Assembly: GCA_900556935.1 (NCBI GenBank) | Contig: USQL01000001.1 | Location: 1 to 60,041, forward strand | DNA length: 60,041 nt | Direction: 5' to 3' | DNA from: an uncultured Eubacteriales bacterium | GTDB taxonomy: Bacteria; Bacillota; Clostridia; Oscillospirales; Oscillospiraceae | Shown here: piece after piece, positions 55,072 to 60,041 of the stretch | How positions within the stretch are numbered: the stretch's first letter is position 1 | Layout: every line of letters starts with the position of its first letter | Notes under the pieces: generated by a model | The model's input: only the letters and a program-made list of their open reading frames with translations | The model's database searches: none | What the model was told of the DNA's origin: nothing | Program-made: the position numbers and the translations under genes

Positions 55072-57249
55072 ATGATTTTTAAGAAAAAAGTTCCCACAGA
55101 GGACCCCAAAAATACCATGCCCCCTCTGGACACGGAGGAGGAAGACACCCCGGACCGGGGCGGCGGCGGGGCCAAATGGATTACGCTTCTGTGCGTTATT
55201 CTGGCCATTGCCCTGCTGGTCAGTTCCCTGCCCTCCGGCATTTCCAGCTCCACCTCGGTAAACGCGAAAATCTATTCCGATACCATGCAGCAAAACACCA
55301 TCTCCACCGTGCTCTCCGGCGGCGGCACCCTGACCCCCCAGGAGGGCGAGGCCCTGTCCATCCCCCAGGCGCTGGAGGTCAAGGCCCGCTATGTCTCCAA
55401 CGGGGACCATGTAAAGGCCGGGGACCCCATTGCCCAGGTGGACAAGGCGGCGGTGCTCTCCGCCATCTCCGAGCTGCAGGAGGTTCTGGACAAGCTGGAC
55501 AGCGACATTGCCTCCAACGCGGGCAAGACCAATTCCTCCAGTGTCCATGCCGGAAGCTCCGGGCGTATCAAAAAAATCTACGCCCAGGTGGACACCCCGG
55601 TTTCCGACACCATGTATGAAAACGGCGCGCTGATGCTGCTGTCCCTGGACGGGCTCATGGCCGTAGACCTGGATGCTTCCCGTCCCGTGGGCCAGGCCGT
55701 CACCGTCACCCTGTCCGACGGGACGGCGCTGGAGGGCACTGTGGACAGCCTGACGGAAACGGGCTCCACCGTCACCCTCTCCGACGAAACGGCCCCCACG
55801 GACGACATCGTCACCGTCACCGACGCAAACGGCGGCTTTCTGGGGCAGGGCCAGCTGTATATCCACAGCATGCTCCGCGTCACCGGTGCCTACGGCACCG
55901 TCTCCACCGTTTCCGTCAAGGAAAATCAGAAAATTTATGCCGGTGCCACCCTTCTGACCCTGAAGGACACCGGCCACACCGCCCAGTACGCAAAGCTTCT
56001 GTCCCGGCGGTCCGAGCTGGAAGCGCAGATGGAAAGCCTTGTAAAGCTCTCCAAGGACGGTATTCTCTACGCCGATACCGACGGCCTGGTCTCCAATTTG
56101 GACGGCACCGTTGACCTTGCCGTGTTCGAAGCCCCCCAGCGCAGCCACGCCAGCCCCGGCTACAAGGTACTCTCTGGAACCCGGATGGAGGAGAGCAGCA
56201 CGCCCACGGCCCCGGGCGAGGAAGGCGGCACCGGCGGGAACGCAGGCGGCGAGGGCGGAAGCGGTTCCGAAGGCGGAACAGACGCACCCTCCACCCCGGA
56301 AACGCCCCCGACTGAGGGCCAGGAATACACCCTGGGGTACGTGCTCTCCACCGACGGCGGAATCTTCTACATTCCCCAGGGTACCATGCTTGTTGCCGAG
56401 GGCAGCGCCCTGCCCGCCCTGACCTTCTCCGGAAATCCCAACTCCGGCATTCCCCTGAGTGCCGACGGTCTGGCCGTCAAGTGCAGCACCGGTGCCGGTT
56501 GGGAGGATGCGGACGCGGGCCAGATTACCGCCGGGGACTCCATTCTCATCGGCAACGGTCTGCTGGTCTTCCAGCACAACGCCGCCCAGCCCTCCACCGA
56601 CGAGCTTCCCGGCGGCATGGGCAGCCTGGGTGATCTGAGCGGTCTTGCCGGAATGGCGGGCATGTCCGGTATGAGCGGCATGAGCGATATGGGCGGCATG
56701 TCCGGCAGCGCCGCCCAAAGCCAGGCGGTCTACGACAGCTACGATACCACCACCCAGGATGTGGCCACCATCGTCCCCGAGGAGGAGATGACCGTGGAGA
56801 TTCAGGTGGACGAGCTGGACATTCTCTCCCTGCAGGTGGGCATGTCCGCCCAGGTAACCATGGATGCCCTGCCCGGGAAGGTCTACACAGGGACCATTAC
56901 GAAAATCAACGCCTACGGCATCAACGCCGGCGGCAACACCAAGTATACCGTCACCGTGACCCTGCCCCGGGGGGAAAACATGCTTTCCGGCATGAACGCC
57001 TCGGTAAAAATCACCACCGCGGTCTCCCAGCCGGTGCAGACCGTCCCGGCGGAAGCCATCTTCTTCGATTCCGGCAAATCCTGGCTCTACACCGGCTACG
57101 ACGAGAAGACCGATACCCTTCTGTCCCCTGTAGAGGTGGAAACCGGCATGTCCGACGGAAGCGTGGTTGAGATTCTCTCCGGCCTGGACAGCGGCACCAC
57201 CTTCTACTACCGCTACGCCGACACCATTGAATATAGCTTTGTAGGCTGA
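55072..57249 (+). CDS. Membrane fusion/periplasmic adaptor protein 2 with low-complexity insertions
   Basis: TM, VSNGDHVKAGD, VDELDI and SGMNA; paralogous to 51575-53191. Confidence 0.82.
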   Translation: MIFKKKVPTEDPKNTMPPLDTEEEDTPDRGGGGAKWITLLCVILAIALLVSSLPSGISSSTSVNAKIYSDTMQQNTISTVLSGGGTLTPQEGEALSIPQALEVKARYVSNGDHVKAGDPIAQVDKAAVLSAISELQEVLDKLDSDIASNAGKTNSSSVHAGSSGRIKKIYAQVDTPVSDTMYENGALMLLSLDGLMAVDLDASRPVGQAVTVTLSDGTALEGTVDSLTETGSTVTLSDETAPTDDIVTVTDANGGFLGQGQLYIHSMLRVTGAYGTVSTVSVKENQKIYAGATLLTLKDTGHTAQYAKLLSRRSELEAQMESLVKLSKDGILYADTDGLVSNLDGTVDLAVFEAPQRSHASPGYKVLSGTRMEESSTPTAPGEEGGTGGNAGGEGGSGSEGGTDAPSTPETPPTEGQEYTLGYVLSTDGGIFYIPQGTMLVAEGSALPALTFSGNPNSGIPLSADGLAVKCSTGAGWEDADAGQITAGDSILIGNGLLVFQHNAAQPSTDELPGGMGSLGDLSGLAGMAGMSGMSGMSDMGGMSGSAAQSQAVYDSYDTTTQDVATIVPEEEMTVEIQVDELDILSLQVGMSAQVTMDALPGKVYTGTITKINAYGINAGGNTKYTVTVTLPRGENMLSGMNASVKITTAVSQPVQTVPAEAIFFDSGKSWLYTGYDEKTDTLLSPVEVETGMSDGSVVEILSGLDSGTTFYYRYADTIEYSFVG

Positions 57250-57294
57250 CCGAAAACCGGGCACTCAGGAAAAATTCCCCAAGTGCCCAGTTTG

Positions 57295-57672
57295 CTATTC
57301 CCTCCATGCCGCCCCCTTCTGCCCGTTTCTGGTCTCCAGATAGGCATCCTTCAGCCGCTGTAAATAGGCGAAGGGCTCCTCCGGGGAGATGGGGGCAAAG
57401 TGGGTTTGGGGAGGGTCGTGCTTGGATGCCAATAGGAATTGGATTTCCCCATCCCCCAGGTGCTTCACCGGGCGGCGCGTATCCAGCCCAAAGCCGCCCT
57501 CCATGGGCACCAGCACTCCCAGGTCCTCCCGCCGCTCCCCGCACCGCGCCAGCAGCCGCACCGCCGTCTCCCCGGAAATCCGGCAGCGGCAGTGGAACGT
57601 ATAGTAGAGCCCCTGACGCAGTACCTGAACCTTCCCAACCGGCTTTCCGCCCAGCATTAATTCCTGTTCCAT
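57295..57672 (-). CDS. Hypothetical protein (125 aa)
   Basis: RBS AAGGGGG and ATG start; fills the gap between neighbouring genes. Confidence 0.7.
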   Translation of the reverse strand: MEQELMLGGKPVGKVQVLRQGLYYTFHCRCRISGETAVRLLARCGERREDLGVLVPMEGGFGLDTRRPVKHLGDGEIQFLLASKHDPPQTHFAPISPEEPFAYLQRLKDAYLETRNGQKGAAWRE

Positions 57673-57762
57673 AGAAAATCCCCCTTGCCGCAGTGTATGG
57701 TGGCAGGGGGGATTTTAGAATGAGAAAAACAGGTATCCGTTGTTTTTGCAGGCTTCCGAAAG

Positions 57763-59565
57763 CTAATTATTTTGCTTGGTTTCATTCGAATAACCTGCCA
57801 GTAGAAACGGGACACACAGCATGACCGGGAACGCATAGCGCACCGCGCCGTTGATATGGCTGAGCAGCAAACCGAGAATCAGCAGCACAATGGGGAGCAG
57901 AATCCATTTCTGTCTGTTTTCCGGGGCATACACAGCTGCAAGGAAGAGGATTCCCCCCAGCCAGCAATACAGTCCCGGGCTGCACAAAATTCGCACCGGC
58001 AGAAATTCCTGCACCTGTTCCAGTATTTCCTCTCCGGCCAGCCGCTGCTGCTCCGGGAGCCAATAGGAAAAATGCGTGCTTTCCGTCTCTGTGATGTCCT
58101 CCAGCTGAATATCGGAAGCGTACATGGTCTGGCCGCCCAAGGAAAAAGGCGTATAGTACAGATTCTTGGAATAGACAATTGCCTCCAGGCAGGTTATGGG
58201 ATGTTTTCTGAAAAAACTTCCGTTCAGCTCCAGGAACTTTCTGACCTGGGCCTGATTCTCCGCATGAAATGTATTTTTCACATCATCCGTCATGATTGTA
58301 GAAAAGCCGCCGCATACCGTTTCGTAGTCCAGCACATCGCTGATAGTCTGAATTTCCTCCGGTGTCAGCTCCTCCTGGTGCTCCTGACAGTAGTACGCCG
58401 TAATCGGGTAAAACAGGCTGTAATTTTCCCGCTGCCAGGGCTTTCCGATTCCTAGCGCCGGATATACAACGCTATTCATTGCCAGGCTTCCGGCGGCAAG
58501 AACACCTGCCACCAGCAAAAGCTTTCTCCGAATGTCCTTTTGAAAAATCGCCAGAAGTGCCAGACTTCCGGCGGCAAGATAAATGCCGCCTTTTCGGGTT
58601 GCCCCTGCCAACGCCCCCAGAAGGAGCAGCTGCCACAGGGACTTTTGTTCACCGCGTACCGCTCTTGCAAAGAAAATCAGGAAAAACAGGTAGACCGCAC
58701 CATGTATGGAATCCTTAATCAGTCCCCCCGCCATTTCCGGATATACAGGCATCAAGCCGAAAAACAGCGCCAGCAGCAGTCCGGCACAGTTTCCCCGCAA
58801 TTTGTGTACCTCCCGGCAAGCCATGACCATGGCAGATAGCAGCAGAACCGTTTGAAACAGCATACACACAAGGAGCCCGCCGTTGTCTCCCGCCAGCCAA
58901 TGTCCCGCCTGGAAAAGGACACCGTATAAAACCGTAAGCAGGACAGGCATGGACGCATGGAAATAGTACTTTCCCTGGTACATCAGAATCTGGATTGCCG
59001 TGTCCGTATACAAAGCCCCCGGCGCACGAAGAATCAGAATCGGGAGCCAGCACAGCAGAATAACTGCGCTGTACACTGCCCCCGCTTTCGCCCCCGGCAA
59101 GGACCCGTTTCCGACCGTCTGCCGCCCATTGAGCCACCGGCAAAGAAGCCGAATAAGCCCATAATAATTTCCCGTCAGCTGAATATAAAACAGCAGATTT
59201 TCCGTCAAATCGGCATCAGGCAAAAGCAAGAGTCCATTGAGCGCCTTGGGCGTTCTTGGGGAAATCCAAATCATGGTATTCCACGCAAAAAACGCCGCCA
59301 GTACCGCCGCTGAAATCCGAATTTTTTCGGTTTTGAGCCCTATCCGCGCCCAGGCCCAGCCGGAAGCCAATGCCGCCGCGCCGACTGCCAGCGCCCGCAC
59401 TGCGCCTGTATTCCCATAGCGCAGAGAATAAGCCACATGCCGAAGCAGCCCCGCCTCCGGGTCCGCACCCATAGGAAAGGCCATCATCGCCATGGCGGTT
59501 ACGGCCGTAAAGCCCGCCCACACCAGCGCGTACACAAGTGCTGCCTGGGTTTTATTCTTCCTCAT
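57763..59565 (-). CDS. Polytopic membrane protein (DUF6020-like, possible GT-C fold)
   Basis: Many TM helices; PG...DT..Q, KD and RYAFP motifs; RBS AAAGGAGG; visibly more AT-rich than its neighbours. Confidence 0.65.
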   Translation of the reverse strand: MRKNKTQAALVYALVWAGFTAVTAMAMMAFPMGADPEAGLLRHVAYSLRYGNTGAVRALAVGAAALASGWAWARIGLKTEKIRISAAVLAAFFAWNTMIWISPRTPKALNGLLLLPDADLTENLLFYIQLTGNYYGLIRLLCRWLNGRQTVGNGSLPGAKAGAVYSAVILLCWLPILILRAPGALYTDTAIQILMYQGKYYFHASMPVLLTVLYGVLFQAGHWLAGDNGGLLVCMLFQTVLLLSAMVMACREVHKLRGNCAGLLLALFFGLMPVYPEMAGGLIKDSIHGAVYLFFLIFFARAVRGEQKSLWQLLLLGALAGATRKGGIYLAAGSLALLAIFQKDIRRKLLLVAGVLAAGSLAMNSVVYPALGIGKPWQRENYSLFYPITAYYCQEHQEELTPEEIQTISDVLDYETVCGGFSTIMTDDVKNTFHAENQAQVRKFLELNGSFFRKHPITCLEAIVYSKNLYYTPFSLGGQTMYASDIQLEDITETESTHFSYWLPEQQRLAGEEILEQVQEFLPVRILCSPGLYCWLGGILFLAAVYAPENRQKWILLPIVLLILGLLLSHINGAVRYAFPVMLCVPFLLAGYSNETKQNN

Positions 59566-59587
59566 TGGCACGCATCCTCCTTTGAAA

Positions 59588-59625
59588 ACTTTTCCCTGCC
59601 ACGGCATTCTGCGGCAGGGAAAAGT
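59588..59625 (-). terminator. Terminator after pheT
   Basis: ACTTTTCCCTGCC-loop-GGCAGGGAAAAGT. Confidence 0.75.
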
Positions 59626-59636
59626 CATATTGGCAT

Positions 59637-60041
59637 TTAGCGAAGAGAAGCGTTCAGCTGCTCGGCCAGTGCCGCCAGAACCTTCTGGGTGACATTCTCG
59701 GAATCTGCATCCGTCAATGTCCGATCGTCGGCACGGAGTTCCAGGGAGAAAGCCATGCTCTTCTTCCCGGCGGGAACACCCACGCCCCGGTAGATATCAA
59801 AGAGCTTCACATCCCGCAGCAGCTTTCCGGCGGCATCGGCAATGATCTTTTCCGCCTGGGCCACGGTGACCTCCTCATCACAGACCAGAGCCAGGTCCCG
59901 GCTGACAGCGGGGTACTTGGGCAGCGGCACATAGGTGGGATCGGGCAGCATCAAAGAGAGCATCTTGGTGAAGTTCAGTTCCGCGCAGTAGACCTCGGCG
60001 TCAATGCCGTAGTTCTTGGCAACCAGGGGATGGACCTGGCC
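59637..60041 (-). CDS. pheT: Phenylalanyl-tRNA synthetase beta subunit, C-terminal part (truncated by window edge)
   Basis: FDX-ACB domain KYPAVSRDLA, LFDIYRG, KKSMAF, DRTLTD and LR; GQVHP upstream in frame. Confidence 0.95.
   Translation of the reverse strand, partial: GQVHPLVAKNYGIDAEVYCAELNFTKMLSLMLPDPTYVPLPKYPAVSRDLALVCDEEVTVAQAEKIIADAAGKLLRDVKLFDIYRGVGVPAGKKSMAFSLELRADDRTLTDADSENVTQKVLAALAEQLNASLR

Noticed and set aside
55057..57264. 735-aa minus-strand ORF, and similar antisense ORFs at 7428-8885, 8898-10169, 10457-12298 and 51533-53008
   Set aside because: These mirror well-supported genes on the other strand and show no RBS or domain evidence.

Overview
GC-rich chromosomal segment of an anaerobic Clostridia-class Firmicute; an Oscillospiraceae-like gut bacterium is inferred from gene content and repeat style. 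It runs from the 3' part of feoB to the 3' end of pheT and contains about 55 genes. Housekeeping loci: feoB plus a small Cys-rich partner, ymdB with a YhaO/YhaN-like nuclease-ATPase pair, ilvE, greA-lysS, yhaM, nagA, pgi and the pyrC-carB-pyrK-pyrD-pyrF-pyrE-pyrB operon. Transporters: two MATE, two MacB/FtsX-type ABC exporters, MscS and a cation:proton antiporter. I found no rRNA, tRNA, CRISPR array, transposase or integrase. The strongest candidate for an undescribed system is a GntR/FadR-controlled dicarboxylate module (LeuCD-like hydratase with atypical active-site loops, a perfect 22-bp operator, an AEC permease, a malic enzyme and a 2-hydroxycarboxylate carrier). The pyr operon is also unusual: a short PyrR-less terminator leader, carB without carA, and PyrB fused only to the PyrI zinc domain. 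Other points are a small accessory stretch after lysS with a palindrome-controlled AAA/DUF4143 gene, three families of REP/MITE-like intergenic repeats, and two small ORFs missing from the ORF track. All calls come from reading motifs by eye; no database searches were run.
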